Positions 37,073 through 47,330 of a DNA stretch of 64,000 nt are shown one piece after another. The first letter of the stretch is position 1, and each line of letters begins with the position of its first letter. The stretch is from NCBI GenBank assembly GCA_963768835.1, contig CAVYJB010000001.1, positions 24,420 to 88,419 on the forward strand. The letters run 5' to 3'. The DNA comes from an uncultured bacterium (lineage in GTDB: Bacteria; Patescibacteriota; Minisyncoccia; UBA6257; GWB1-50-10). The position numbers and the translations under genes were made by a program. The notes beneath the pieces are model-generated. The model worked only from the letters and a program-made list of their open reading frames with translations, was not told where the DNA came from and did no database searches.

Positions 37073-38422
37073 CTACTGGACCACTTCTAGATATTGGCGC
37101 GGGTCGAGGTCACCACCGACAGGCATTGGGCCGCAGCTCTTGGTCCATTCAGCCCCTTCGGGAAGCCCCGGACGCGCAGGCGTCAAGGTTTGAGAAGCAA
37201 AAACTGAGAAGTGGGTATGGGGTCCCGTGGCCCACCCGGTTTTCCCCAAATAGCCGATAACGTCGCCGCGCTTCACTTTCTCCCCAATGGTGACAATAGA
37301 ACGCGAGAGATGGCCGTAGAGCGTAGTAAGGCCATTGTTATGCTTGATCTCAATGAAGCGGCCGTAGGCCGCCCGAGGACAGAACTGGTCCTGGTTACCG
37401 GTATCGATGACGGTACCATCCTCGGCCGCATAAACTTCCGTACCGACCGCCACCGCATCGATATCAATACCGTTGTGCCATTGGCTGTGGTAATTCTTGA
37501 TGGCAAAATCTGTACGGCCATAGCCTTGCGTCATCCGTCCGTCCTTCACGGGCCAAAGTAGCACGCCGGGGCGCGGCAACGGGAGAAGATTGGGATCGAT
37601 GTTTTTCCGGAGAATGGATTCAATACCCGCAATCTCGTCTGAAATGGCCTGTTGCTGCTGCTCCAGTGCGGAGAGTTGGCTTTGATAAACCTGCTCTTGG
37701 TCGTTGGTTTGAGCCAAGAGTTGCTGTTTCGCCACCTGTTGATCTTGAACAATATACTGGCGGTTCACAAGATCTACCCGTTCGACTTGGCGTGCCGCCC
37801 GGTCACTTTGCGCACTGGAGATCTGGCTCGTCAGCTGATTCTCTAGATCTCCGAGGCGCTTCACGTTATCAACTAGAGTTTGGCTTAGGGTCACGGTTGC
37901 TTGGATGTCCGCGACGCTATCGCTCAAATGTTCATTTCTAAGAAGGGTCGTGAGAATGGTGTCGTGGTCTCGTTCTTCGAGTGAGACAAAAAGCCGCAAG
38001 ACGCCCGCGCGCTGGTCATCAATCTGCGTCTTGAGCGTCGCAATAGCATCCGTAGATTGCTGAATCTCGAGACCTAGTTGATCAATACGGATCTGGTTCT
38101 CCTTGATGGAAAGGTTCACCTGCTGGACACTCGCATCGATAGTGTTAAGGTCACGGCTTAGGCTGCTTTTGGACTGCGTGACCACATCGAGGTTCTTCTG
38201 GATGGCGCTCTTCTGGTCCTCGATAGTTTGGAGCTCCTGCGCTTTTTGCTTAATAAGATCCGCGAGGGTCCCTCCAGCGGATGTAGAGGATGCCGTCGAG
38301 GACGACATGGTCGCGTCCTGCGAATAGACCGTCGACGCAATGAAAAGCCCAGCAAGGGTTACGCTCATCGTGAGCGCAGAGAGGGCAAGAACAAACCGTT
38401 TATGGAAAGGGCGGTAATTCAT
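37073..38422 (-). CDS. Coiled-coil M23 peptidase (EnvC/CwlO-like)
   Basis: Signal/TM, long coiled coil, HNGID, YGHLS, TGPHTHF. Confidence 0.92.
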   Translation of the reverse strand: MNYRPFHKRFVLALSALTMSVTLAGLFIASTVYSQDATMSSSTASSTSAGGTLADLIKQKAQELQTIEDQKSAIQKNLDVVTQSKSSLSRDLNTIDASVQQVNLSIKENQIRIDQLGLEIQQSTDAIATLKTQIDDQRAGVLRLFVSLEERDHDTILTTLLRNEHLSDSVADIQATVTLSQTLVDNVKRLGDLENQLTSQISSAQSDRAARQVERVDLVNRQYIVQDQQVAKQQLLAQTNDQEQVYQSQLSALEQQQQAISDEIAGIESILRKNIDPNLLPLPRPGVLLWPVKDGRMTQGYGRTDFAIKNYHSQWHNGIDIDAVAVGTEVYAAEDGTVIDTGNQDQFCPRAAYGRFIEIKHNNGLTTLYGHLSRSIVTIGEKVKRGDVIGYLGKTGWATGPHTHFSVFASQTLTPARPGLPEGAEWTKSCGPMPVGGDLDPRQYLEVVQ

Positions 38423-38432
38423 CTCTTTATTT

Positions 38433-39845
38433 CTACTCTTCCGAAAACTTCCTAAGTGCGATGTCGATCCGGCGGAGGGATTCCTTCTTCTTGAGAACCG
38501 CAAGAAGATCCTGAGGAGCTGGCGAGGCTTGGGAACCAGAGAGCGCGACCCGGAGAGGCCAGAAGACCTCTCCCCTCCCCCGACGTTCTACCAGTGACGC
38601 GAGGGCCTGCATTGTCCCCTCCGAAGTAAAAGATTCGTCGTTCAATTTTTCAAGCGCAGAGCGTACCTCAAGGAGCGCCGCGACGGTATCCTCAGGAGGC
38701 GTATCGTTCCAATGAAGAAGTTTTGATGGATAATCCGGGAGCTCGAAAAAGAACCGAGCGATGTCAGCAAAGCCTGAGAGACGCTTCAGGCGTTCGCGCT
38801 CGGCTCCCACCACCGCGCGGAAAAAAACTTCATCCTTCATCCATCCCTCCGGAATGAAAGGTTTGAGATGTCCCACCAATGCTTCCACGGAGAGCGTCCG
38901 GAGATAATGCGCATTGAGCCATTCGAGTTTTTCCTCATTGAAAACCGCTCCTCCTTTTTGTACCCGACGAATATCGAATTCCTTCACCATCGCCGCACGA
39001 TCCAGCACCTCGCGGTCCGGCACGGGATGCCATCCAAGGAGCACGAGGAAGTTCAAGAGCGCCTCCGGAAGATACCCTTGGGTCCGATAGTCGCTCACCG
39101 ATGCAGCCATGAATCGCTTCGATAGCTTCTTCCGGTCGGGCCCTAGAATGAGGGGCAGGTGGGCATAGTGAGGGTGCGAGTACCCCAGCGCATCCTGGAT
39201 GGCCATCTGCTTCGGCGTGTTCGAGAGATGCTCTTCACCCCGGATGACGTGGGAAACGCGCGCGTCGAAATCGTCCACCACGACTGCGAAGTTATAGAGA
39301 GGCTCCCGAAGCCCTTTTGCAATGATAATATCCCCGAAGAGAGCCCCGCTGAATTCCACCTTCCCGCGCACGAGATCTGTAAAGGCAAAAATCCCCTCCG
39401 GCATCCGAAAACGAATGACCGATGATCGCGTTTTCTGCTTCTCCTCCACCTCGGCAGGGGAAAGCCCGCGACACCGCCCTCCGTACTTCGGCGGGAGCCC
39501 CTGGGAAAGTTGCGCTTGGCGTTCCGCTTCCAGTTCTTCGGGGGTGCAGAAACACCGATACGCCTTCCGTTCCTCGAGGAGCTTACGGAGAACCGCTTCG
39601 TACGTCCCGAGGCGCTCACTCTGACGCACCACCGGTTCATCGCTTTCAAGGCCGAACCATTCGAGGCTCTTCAATAGATCCGCCTCGTACTCGGGGCGGG
39701 AACGCTCCCGGTCCGTATCCTCGATTCGGACAAGGAAAACACCGCCCTCATGGCGGGCGAAAAGCCAGGTAAAGAGGGCGGTCCGGATATTCGCAAGGCT
39801 GACGAGCCCCGTAGGAGAAGGAGCGAAACGCACCCGGACTTCCAT
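38433..39845 (-). CDS. gltX: Glutamate--tRNA ligase
   Basis: RFAPSPTG, RIEDTD, CFC, VIRGEEH, KLSKR; HIGH position reads SLAN. Confidence 0.93.
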   Translation of the reverse strand: MEVRVRFAPSPTGLVSLANIRTALFTWLFARHEGGVFLVRIEDTDRERSRPEYEADLLKSLEWFGLESDEPVVRQSERLGTYEAVLRKLLEERKAYRCFCTPEELEAERQAQLSQGLPPKYGGRCRGLSPAEVEEKQKTRSSVIRFRMPEGIFAFTDLVRGKVEFSGALFGDIIIAKGLREPLYNFAVVVDDFDARVSHVIRGEEHLSNTPKQMAIQDALGYSHPHYAHLPLILGPDRKKLSKRFMAASVSDYRTQGYLPEALLNFLVLLGWHPVPDREVLDRAAMVKEFDIRRVQKGGAVFNEEKLEWLNAHYLRTLSVEALVGHLKPFIPEGWMKDEVFFRAVVGAERERLKRLSGFADIARFFFELPDYPSKLLHWNDTPPEDTVAALLEVRSALEKLNDESFTSEGTMQALASLVERRGRGEVFWPLRVALSGSQASPAPQDLLAVLKKKESLRRIDIALRKFSEE

Positions 39846-39918
39846 GGGGCCAGTATACCCCCCAAAACCGGGCTTGGCCAATCCTGCTCAGTATTTCTTG
39901 GAGAAATCCGGCGGAATA

Positions 39919-41055
39919 TCAGCGCCGTGCGAGGCCGAGGACCGCCTGGGCCAGAAGATGAGCCGCGTCGGGTTTGTAGAACGCCCGGGCCGCCGCCTCC
40001 ATCGCTGCCCGCCGTTCGGGCTTCCCGACAATCCCCTCGAGCTCCCGAAGAACGAGATGGGGACCCAAATTATCCTCCGCAAGAAGCACCGCCGCGCCCG
40101 TCGAGGCATACTCGAAGGCGTTTGCGTGCTGGTGATTCCCGGCCGCACTCGCGAGCGGCACGAGAAGCGCGGCCCGGCCGAAGTAAGCGAGCTCGTAAAT
40201 AGATCCAGCGCCCGCCCGTTCCATAACGATATCGGCAGCTTCGAGAGCCCGGCGGAGTTCGTACCCGGGAAGAAAACTGATACTGCGGTAGCGTGTCCGG
40301 AGCGCGGGATCCAAATCCCGGAGCGCAAGCCCTAGGGTTTCCTTCACCGCTTTTTCATTTCCACTCCCCACTTGGTGGAGCACCTGATAGAGCGGAAGCA
40401 GCATGCTAAGGTTATCAATGATAAAGCGGTTCAATGCCGCGGCGCCTTGGGATCCCCCCAGAACAAGCAGGAGGGAGATATGGGGATCAAAGCCGAGTTC
40501 ATGTTTCGCTTGCGATGTTTCCACTCGGTCCCCCAGGAGATCGGAGCGAAGCGGGTTTCCCACGAGCGCCACCTTTTTCGCCGGGAAGTAGCGGGCGGCA
40601 GCCGCGAAGGCAATACCAATACGCTCCGCAAAAGGCGCGGAGAGACGATTCGTGAGGCCTGGCACCGCGTCAGACTCATGAATGACGACGGGAATTCGAT
40701 AGAATCGCGCCACAAGAACCACCGCCAACGCGCCTGGCCCTCCTTTTGAGAAAACCGCGTCGGGCATCAAGATATAAAGGTGGACGAGCGCCTGGGCAAG
40801 CCCGATGCAGAACTTGGGAACATCAAAAAGATTTCTTAAATCGAAATATCGTCGCAGCTTGCTCGACAAGATGCGGCGTATGGGAATTCCGCGTTCCTCA
40901 ATCTCGACGTCCCACGGGCTCGGGGGGCCGATATAGTAGAGCTCAAGCGTACCCTTTGGTTCTTTTAGGAGCTCTTCCGCAACGGCCAGGAGCGGATATA
41001 GGTGGCCTCCGGTTCCCCCACCAGTCAGGACAATGCGTGTGCGGTCAGTGGTCAT
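39919..41055 (-). CDS. murG: MurG lipid I GlcNAc transferase
   Basis: GGGTGGH, HESD..PG, GNP.R, GGSQGA, RAGA, Q..NA. Confidence 0.96.
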   Translation of the reverse strand: MTTDRTRIVLTGGGTGGHLYPLLAVAEELLKEPKGTLELYYIGPPSPWDVEIEERGIPIRRILSSKLRRYFDLRNLFDVPKFCIGLAQALVHLYILMPDAVFSKGGPGALAVVLVARFYRIPVVIHESDAVPGLTNRLSAPFAERIGIAFAAAARYFPAKKVALVGNPLRSDLLGDRVETSQAKHELGFDPHISLLLVLGGSQGAAALNRFIIDNLSMLLPLYQVLHQVGSGNEKAVKETLGLALRDLDPALRTRYRSISFLPGYELRRALEAADIVMERAGAGSIYELAYFGRAALLVPLASAAGNHQHANAFEYASTGAAVLLAEDNLGPHLVLRELEGIVGKPERRAAMEAAARAFYKPDAAHLLAQAVLGLARR

Positions 41056-42164
41056 CGGCGCGTGCGGTATCTAGAAATATTAACGATGACACCGCCCATC
41101 GTCAAAAGAACGGTGAGTGCGGTCCCCCCATAGCTCACGAACGGCAAGGGCAACCCCGTCAAAGGAATGACGCCTGAGATGGCGGCAATATTCATGAAGG
41201 CCTGGAACCCGATAAGGGAAGCGAAACCAGTCGCAAGTAGCCGCCCAAAATTATCAGGACAGGAACGGGCGATTACGAGACCCCGAAGGACAAGAAGCAG
41301 GTAAACCACGACAAGAGCGGCGGCGCCTACAAACCCCAACTCATTCGCGATAACCGCGAAGATGGAGTCCCCAATGGGCTCCGGAAGCGCGTTGAGCTTC
41401 GTGGTGGATTGGCCGTATCCCACGCCCCATAAACCCCCTGCTCCAATCGTGATAAGCGCCTGATTCGCCTGATAGGAAGCTCCGTAGGGATCGCTCGTTG
41501 GGTTTAGAAACGTTGCAACGCGAGCAAAGCGATAAGGCGTAATGGTCACGAGAAGCGAAAGTACCAGACAAGCGAGGAGTCCTGCAACCGCAAGGAAACG
41601 CAGACGTGCCCCCGCGGTGAAGTATGTGAGAATCGAAGCGCCAAAAAGCACCACCGCTGTCGAGGTGGAAGGTTGAAGAAAGAGCAGGCCCATCACCATT
41701 CCGAGAAGCACCAGAAAGGGCAGGAATCCATCCTTCCAATTCCGACTACGCGCCTGGTTACGACTGACCCACACCGCGAGATACATAAGGAAAGCTAATT
41801 TTAGAAGTTCGCCCGGCTGAAACGTGATAGAACCCACGTGGAGCGCACGAGCACTTCCTTTCGCGCCAAATCCTAAAGGCGTGAAAACGAGGATAAGGAG
41901 AACAATAGATACGATAAGAAGCGGCGTAGCCCAAGATCCCCAGCGACGATAGTATACGAAGGCCCCTAAGAAAAACCCGGCGATGCCCGGCAAGAGCCCC
42001 AGCATCAGCTGGTGCTTCAGATAGTAATAACTGTCGCCGAATTGCGCTTTCGCAAGGTCCGAGGAAGCGCTCGTGAGCATCACGAGTCCAAAGACCGTGA
42101 GGACCACGAGGAGCGATATGAACGCGTAGTCCGGCGCAGAGACCCTTGGTTTCCCGGTAGCCAT
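41052..42164 (-). CDS. ftsW: SEDS peptidoglycan polymerase FtsW
   Basis: QPGE..K, GGLWG.G.G, LPE...DSIF, P.TG..LPF.SYGG; adjacent to murG. Confidence 0.92.
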   Translation of the reverse strand: MATGKPRVSAPDYAFISLLVVLTVFGLVMLTSASSDLAKAQFGDSYYYLKHQLMLGLLPGIAGFFLGAFVYYRRWGSWATPLLIVSIVLLILVFTPLGFGAKGSARALHVGSITFQPGELLKLAFLMYLAVWVSRNQARSRNWKDGFLPFLVLLGMVMGLLFLQPSTSTAVVLFGASILTYFTAGARLRFLAVAGLLACLVLSLLVTITPYRFARVATFLNPTSDPYGASYQANQALITIGAGGLWGVGYGQSTTKLNALPEPIGDSIFAVIANELGFVGAAALVVVYLLLVLRGLVIARSCPDNFGRLLATGFASLIGFQAFMNIAAISGVIPLTGLPLPFVSYGGTALTVLLTMGGVIVNISRYRTRR

Positions 42165-42168
42165 GGGT

Positions 42169-43668
42169 TCAAGCGCTTGCCCGTAGGATGGAGCCCTTGA
42201 GGGTGTTTGTGACGGCTCCTTCGCGCAGAGCCGGGACTCCGTTCACGAGGACGTCGGTCGGCCTAAAATCGCGTAGAACGACGAGGTCGGCTGCGTATCC
42301 CTCACGGATAAAGCCCCTGCCTTTCAACCGGTACTTCTTCGCGGGGATCCCGGTCGCTTTTGCGACGGCGCGCTCAAGTGGCATTAAGCTCTTTTCAGCA
42401 ACAAGGGAGAGGAATGCGGGGAATGTACGGCAGCTTCGTTCTTGCTTCAACTCACCCTCCCCAAGTGCGGTGCCGTTTGAGGCAATGATGGAGGTCCCTT
42501 TCGTGAGAAAGCTCTCAAGCGCGTTCATACTGACATCCTTGTAAAAAAGAATGGTGCCAAGGCGTGTCATTCTGAGGAGGCGGAGGAATGCCGCCTCGAA
42601 TGGTAGCCCTTGGTTCGCCGCGAACTGCTGAACTGTTTTCCCCTCAAGAAACTTCAGTGCCGGGTCCTGCACATGACCAATCACAAGATCTGTCGCGGCG
42701 AACCTTGAGAAGTATTCCAGGAGGCGTGCCTCGCTCATGGACGATAGAATGTGGTCCAGCATGACGTGTACGCCGCCATCCTGTACCCATTGGGGTAGGA
42801 AGGTATAAATTGCCATCGCGAGGGTATCAAAGGGGCATACATCAAAATGGATATGAATCGTCGCGGACGCGCTCTCGATGAGATTCACGGCTTCCTCGTA
42901 GAGCGGCACGTACGCGCGGCGCGGCTCCAGGTGACTTATCTCCACGTTTACACCGGTCGCTTCCGCGAGATGGAGTGTTTCGCGGACGGACTCCATGATG
43001 TTCTGCTCCACGTTCCGAAGATGCGTTGCATAGACGCGACCAGAAAGCGCCGCAACCTTCGCGAGCGCCTCGATCTCGTAAGGCGCCACACGGCGGGAAT
43101 GGACGTACTCTAGTCCGGTAGAGAAACCGAACGCGCCCTCCGCGAGCGCTTCGCGGATCATGAGCTTCGAGCGCTCGAGTTCCCCTTCCGTGAGATCCCG
43201 AAGTTGGTCGCCGATCAAGGCCCGGCGGATAGTCGAGTGTCCCACCAACGTCCCGAAGTTAACGCCGAGTCCCTGCGTCTCAAGAACCGCGAGGAACTCT
43301 TTCATGCTCCTCCAGTTTACATTTACACGCGACGGTTCCCCCCACTTCTTGATGGGATCCAAAGACCCTGTCGGAAGCGGCGCAAGGGATGCTCCGCAGT
43401 TTCCCCCAATAGTGGTTGTGACGCCCTGACGAATGAAGTCGCGCTGATAGGGTTCGGAAAACAGCGAGAGGTAGTGATCCGAACCCGTGTCGATATCCAC
43501 AAAACCTGGCGTTACGAGGGCGCCCGTCGCATCAATGACTACATCGGCCCTCTCGCGAGGGAAACTCCCGCGCGGGGCAAAGACGCCATCCTGGATCAAC
43601 ACATCTTCCTGTTTCGGCGTTTCCCCGCTTCCGTCATAGACTACGCCGTTCTTGATGAGCGTCGTCAT
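42169..43668 (-). CDS. N-acyl-D-amino-acid deacylase-like amidohydrolase with altered active site
   Basis: PGFVD, QGVTT..GNCG, GFSTGLEY, HLR, ISH, GY.ADLV. Confidence 0.88.
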   Translation of the reverse strand: MTTLIKNGVVYDGSGETPKQEDVLIQDGVFAPRGSFPRERADVVIDATGALVTPGFVDIDTGSDHYLSLFSEPYQRDFIRQGVTTTIGGNCGASLAPLPTGSLDPIKKWGEPSRVNVNWRSMKEFLAVLETQGLGVNFGTLVGHSTIRRALIGDQLRDLTEGELERSKLMIREALAEGAFGFSTGLEYVHSRRVAPYEIEALAKVAALSGRVYATHLRNVEQNIMESVRETLHLAEATGVNVEISHLEPRRAYVPLYEEAVNLIESASATIHIHFDVCPFDTLAMAIYTFLPQWVQDGGVHVMLDHILSSMSEARLLEYFSRFAATDLVIGHVQDPALKFLEGKTVQQFAANQGLPFEAAFLRLLRMTRLGTILFYKDVSMNALESFLTKGTSIIASNGTALGEGELKQERSCRTFPAFLSLVAEKSLMPLERAVAKATGIPAKKYRLKGRGFIREGYAADLVVLRDFRPTDVLVNGVPALREGAVTNTLKGSILRASA

Positions 43669-43736
43669 TATCCTCTCATTGTACCGCAAACCATACGGCC
43701 CCAACAGCGCATAGCGTGCCCGCCGTCATAACCTCC

Positions 43737-43895
43737 CTAATGCACCGCCGTGAACGCGACGCCGAGATAATAGGGCCAGAGGATGATGGCAAATACCGCC
43801 TTCCAAAACGCGAGATGGAGAAAGCCGATGCTGAATAACCAGCCGATAACCCAGAGAATTCCCATACCATGTTGTTGTGCCGCGGCCTTTTTCAT
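43737..43895 (-). CDS. 52-aa membrane microprotein (below ORF-track cutoff)
   Basis: MKKAAAQQHGMGILWVIGWLFSIGFLHLAFWKAVFAIILWPYYLGVAFTAVH, directly after mraY. Confidence 0.75.
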   Translation of the reverse strand: MKKAAAQQHGMGILWVIGWLFSIGFLHLAFWKAVFAIILWPYYLGVAFTAVH

Positions 43896-43913
43896 AGTTG
43901 GAGCAATAAATAG

Positions 43914-44960
43914 TTAGACAAAATGCGAGAGAAAAAAGAGAACGAGGCCCACGATGGCCATCACGGCCGAGATAATCCAAAACCGCATGGTAACCTGACT
44001 TTCGGGCCACCCCAGACCTTCAAAGTGATGGTGAATGGGTGTCGAGAGAAAGACTTTCTTCTTTCGAAGTTTCTTGCTTATAAGCTGGACAATCACCGAA
44101 CCGGACTCCACCACGGGGATGAAGGCGAAGAAGGGTAGGAGAAGTACGGTGTTTGTAAGCATCGCCATCACCCCTAGGGTGATACCAAGAGACATCGAGC
44201 CCGTATCCCCCATAAAGAATCTTGCGGGATAAATGTTGAACCACAGGAATGCGAGGAGCGCGCCCAAAATGGTTGCGTCCATCGCAGCCAGATCATAACG
44301 CTGGAGGACGAAGGCAACGACCGCCAAGGCTCCAAAGGCAAAGAAGAAAGTGCCGGCCGCGAGACCGTCTAATCCGTCGGTTTCGTTCGCGGAAAAGGCG
44401 GTCGCAACCAAGATGAAAAGGAAAATGGGGATATACCAGGGTCCCACCTGGACATTCCCAATGAAAGGGATGGAGAGCACGGTCCAGTTCAGCTTGAAGT
44501 AGAACCACCAGGCGCCTATTGCAGCGATGGCTGTATAGATGAGAAGTTTCTGCCGCACCGCGAGTCCCCCGCCATGCGGCCCTTTCCCTAAAATACCAAA
44601 GAGATCGTCCACTAGGCCCACAACCGCAGCGAGCGCCAAGGCGAAGAGCGGAAGAAAAGTCTCCGCACGATTCATGAAGTTCAGATAGTTTGCGAAGCCA
44701 TCAAAAAGGTTCCCGAGGAGGGCAAAGAGGAGCGCCAGAAGAAGCACTGTCCCCCAGATGATAATGCCACCCATCGTCGGCGTATTCCCCTTATCCTTGT
44801 GAAATTGGTGGAAAATAGGTGCCGTTTCAGCTGTCCGGATGTTCCTTTTTCGGAGATTCCATCGATAGAGACTGTGGAGAATAAACGGCGTGAGGATGAG
44901 CGCGACGAGGAACGCCAGCGCGAAGAGGATGAGAGTGCGAATTCCTTCAAAAGCAACCAT
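43914..44960 (-). CDS. mraY: Phospho-N-acetylmuramoyl-pentapeptide transferase
   Basis: TPTMGG, DD, NETDGLDGL, FMGDTGS, PIHHHFE. Confidence 0.97.
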   Translation of the reverse strand: MVAFEGIRTLILFALAFLVALILTPFILHSLYRWNLRKRNIRTAETAPIFHQFHKDKGNTPTMGGIIIWGTVLLLALLFALLGNLFDGFANYLNFMNRAETFLPLFALALAAVVGLVDDLFGILGKGPHGGGLAVRQKLLIYTAIAAIGAWWFYFKLNWTVLSIPFIGNVQVGPWYIPIFLFILVATAFSANETDGLDGLAAGTFFFAFGALAVVAFVLQRYDLAAMDATILGALLAFLWFNIYPARFFMGDTGSMSLGITLGVMAMLTNTVLLLPFFAFIPVVESGSVIVQLISKKLRKKKVFLSTPIHHHFEGLGWPESQVTMRFWIISAVMAIVGLVLFFLSHFV

Positions 44961-44982
44961 GAGAAAGAGGGGGGGTTAGGGC

Positions 44983-45936
44983 CTAGAACGTGTAGGCATT
45001 TTCCATCCACTGGAGGACCTGAGTCGCAGCCTTCACCCGGTCTGAACTTCCAAGAATGATGAGGACAACCCGAAGATCGTGCAGTTGAAAAATAGCGATA
45101 AGATTCTGGTCGGCCTCGGGAAGCGTCCCGGTCTTACCGCCCAGGAAATCCGCGCGCGCGGCGAGCGGGTCGATGTTTGGAATCGTTTTAACCGCCGTCC
45201 CGTCCAAGGGCTGGACGAGAATAGAAGGAAGACGTGTCCAAGCGAAGATCTCTGGATGGTGCTCCAAAATATATTTCGTGAGCACGAAAAGATCGTCAAT
45301 CGTACCCTGATTCTGCGGCGAAAGACCTGACCCATCGTGGTAGGACGTATGGTCCATACCGAGTTCTTTCGCTTTGTTGTTCATGCGCGCCGCGAGAGCA
45401 TCTGCGCCACCGAAATAATCCTCGAATGCAGCTGCTGCGTCGTTCGAGGACGCGAGGAGCATCACGCGGAGAAGGTCCTGGGCGGAATAGGTTTCGCCGG
45501 CTACAAGCTGACCGAGATCACCCGGACTCTGAAGCGCATCGGCGTTAACCGTAACCTTCTTGTCCGCACCCGCGTCCTCAAGAACCACCACCGCGGTCAT
45601 AAGCTTTGTAAGAGATGCGATGGGCCACAGAGTATAGGGCCCAAGACGCAGGAGCTGGAAATCTTCGTCGAGAGACTCGGCGAGTACAGCTTTCGCGTCC
45701 ACCGCAGGATCTAGAACCTTCCAGTTCCTCGCCGGAAGACCGCTTGCCGCTACGACGGCGGGCTCGAGCGATGCCTTTTCGAACGAAAGAGCCGGCGGAA
45801 TAGGTATTGAGGTCGTTGTCTCCCCGGTTGCCACGGGCGCCCCAACGCTCACCGTAAGACGCGAAGGGATTTGCGTCAGGGCAAGTGAAACGAGGATAAA
45901 CAGCACGAGGACAAGCGCCTGGACACGAGGTGTCAT
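44983..45936 (-). CDS. D-alanyl-D-alanine carboxypeptidase (S11)
   Basis: SLTK, SSN, KTG motifs. Confidence 0.92.
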   Translation of the reverse strand: MTPRVQALVLVLFILVSLALTQIPSRLTVSVGAPVATGETTTSIPIPPALSFEKASLEPAVVAASGLPARNWKVLDPAVDAKAVLAESLDEDFQLLRLGPYTLWPIASLTKLMTAVVVLEDAGADKKVTVNADALQSPGDLGQLVAGETYSAQDLLRVMLLASSNDAAAAFEDYFGGADALAARMNNKAKELGMDHTSYHDGSGLSPQNQGTIDDLFVLTKYILEHHPEIFAWTRLPSILVQPLDGTAVKTIPNIDPLAARADFLGGKTGTLPEADQNLIAIFQLHDLRVVLIILGSSDRVKAATQVLQWMENAYTF

Positions 45937-46562
45937 GGTGTGGGAGAAACCTCGGGTCCCTTGGGGATGGGTGCGGGTGCGGCGCCAGAGGCTTCAACCG
46001 TTTGGGCCTCAATGGCCTGTGCTTCGAACCGTTCAAGGATCTCGCGGAAGTGCGGATACTCCGGCAAATCTTCAAGTTTCACGAGCCCCATATGGTTCAG
46101 GAAGGCGAAGCTTGCCCGGTACTGATGTACGTTCCCTTTCTCCCGCCCCATATCGCGCTCGATAAGGCCTCGCACCATCAGGTTGCGGAGCGTAAAACTC
46201 GAGTTCACACCACGAATGTAATCCACGGTGGAACGCGGCATCGGTCCAAGGTATGCAACAAGCGCAAGAACTTCGAGGGCAGCGGGGGTGAGTTGCTCGC
46301 GGAGTTCGTCCTTCAAAATCTTTTCCCCAATAGTCTTGAGCTCCGGCTTCGTCGCAAGTTGCACCGCATCGCCTTGGCGGATAAGAGTAAGACCCCGCAT
46401 AGGATCTGCCGCAAGAGTACCCGCGAACCCCTGCAGGAGTTGCTCACATTCCTCGGGTTTGATCTCAAGAAGATGCGCGATGCGTTTTACAGATATCGCC
46501 TCGCCATAATAAAAAAGGAGCGCTTCAAGCTCACTGAATTTGGGTGCTGATTCTCCGTTCAT
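45933..46562 (-). CDS. scpB: SMC-Scp complex subunit ScpB
   Basis: LEALLF, LT.AALEVLA.VAY..P, IRGVNS, FL..MGL..L.DLP. Confidence 0.95.
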   Translation of the reverse strand: MNGESAPKFSELEALLFYYGEAISVKRIAHLLEIKPEECEQLLQGFAGTLAADPMRGLTLIRQGDAVQLATKPELKTIGEKILKDELREQLTPAALEVLALVAYLGPMPRSTVDYIRGVNSSFTLRNLMVRGLIERDMGREKGNVHQYRASFAFLNHMGLVKLEDLPEYPHFREILERFEAQAIEAQTVEASGAAPAPIPKGPEVSPTP

Positions 46563-46596
46563 GGATGGTTCAATCTGCTCTGGAATAGTAACGAAT

Positions 46597-47304
46597 TTAG
46601 GTCCGCTTCGCAATGTTAATGGCTCCGAAATGCTCGGTCTGCGTGACTTCTACCAGTTGGTCCTTGATGAGATGGAGAACCGCGAGGAACAACACGACAA
46701 GTTCGGTGCGGCCCTTCCCCATACGGAAAGCTCCCAGCTCCTTCGGGGCCACCGTGAGCCGCGCAAACATCCTTTCAATCGTCTCCTTGAGGTGGAGAAT
46801 TTCCGCCTTGATGGTCCCGGCAGGACGGAAAACCCGCTCCAACTCCCCCACCATATGGCGCACCGTGTCGGCGAGAAGCGCGGGCGTGATGTCCTTCGGG
46901 GGGTAGAATACCGGCTCGGAACTGCTCAAAAACTCCCTTACAAGCATCTGTGGAAGTTCGTCCCACTTACTGCGAATCAGGCGCTGGGTAGCCTTAAGCT
47001 CCTGGTAAAGCTGGAGTCGCCCCTCGAGGTCACGGATGGCCCCTTCCTCCTCCTCAGTCAAGGGCAGCGCTGGAAGAAGAGCTTTGGACTTGATGAGTAG
47101 GAGTCTCGAAGCCACCACAAGGAAGTCTGCCATAATAGCCTCCGTGCCCTCTTTCGCTTCAAGCGTCTTCACATATTTCAAAAAATCGGCCGTCACATCG
47201 GCCAGAGTGAGCCGCGTAACCTCAAGTTTTTTCTCCTCAATAAGCTCCAGAAGCTTTTCCATCGGCCCCTGGAAATATTCGAGGGAGAGCTGATAAGAAA
47301 CCAT
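46597..47304 (-). CDS. scpA: Segregation/condensation protein A
   Basis: FQGP...LL.LI, LL.IKSK.LLP, FLAVLHL.K, Q...FG.I. Confidence 0.95.
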   Translation of the reverse strand: MVSYQLSLEYFQGPMEKLLELIEEKKLEVTRLTLADVTADFLKYVKTLEAKEGTEAIMADFLVVASRLLLIKSKALLPALPLTEEEEGAIRDLEGRLQLYQELKATQRLIRSKWDELPQMLVREFLSSSEPVFYPPKDITPALLADTVRHMVGELERVFRPAGTIKAEILHLKETIERMFARLTVAPKELGAFRMGKGRTELVVLFLAVLHLIKDQLVEVTQTEHFGAINIAKRT

Positions 47305-47330
47305 TATTTCTATGATATACTAAAGCCGCA

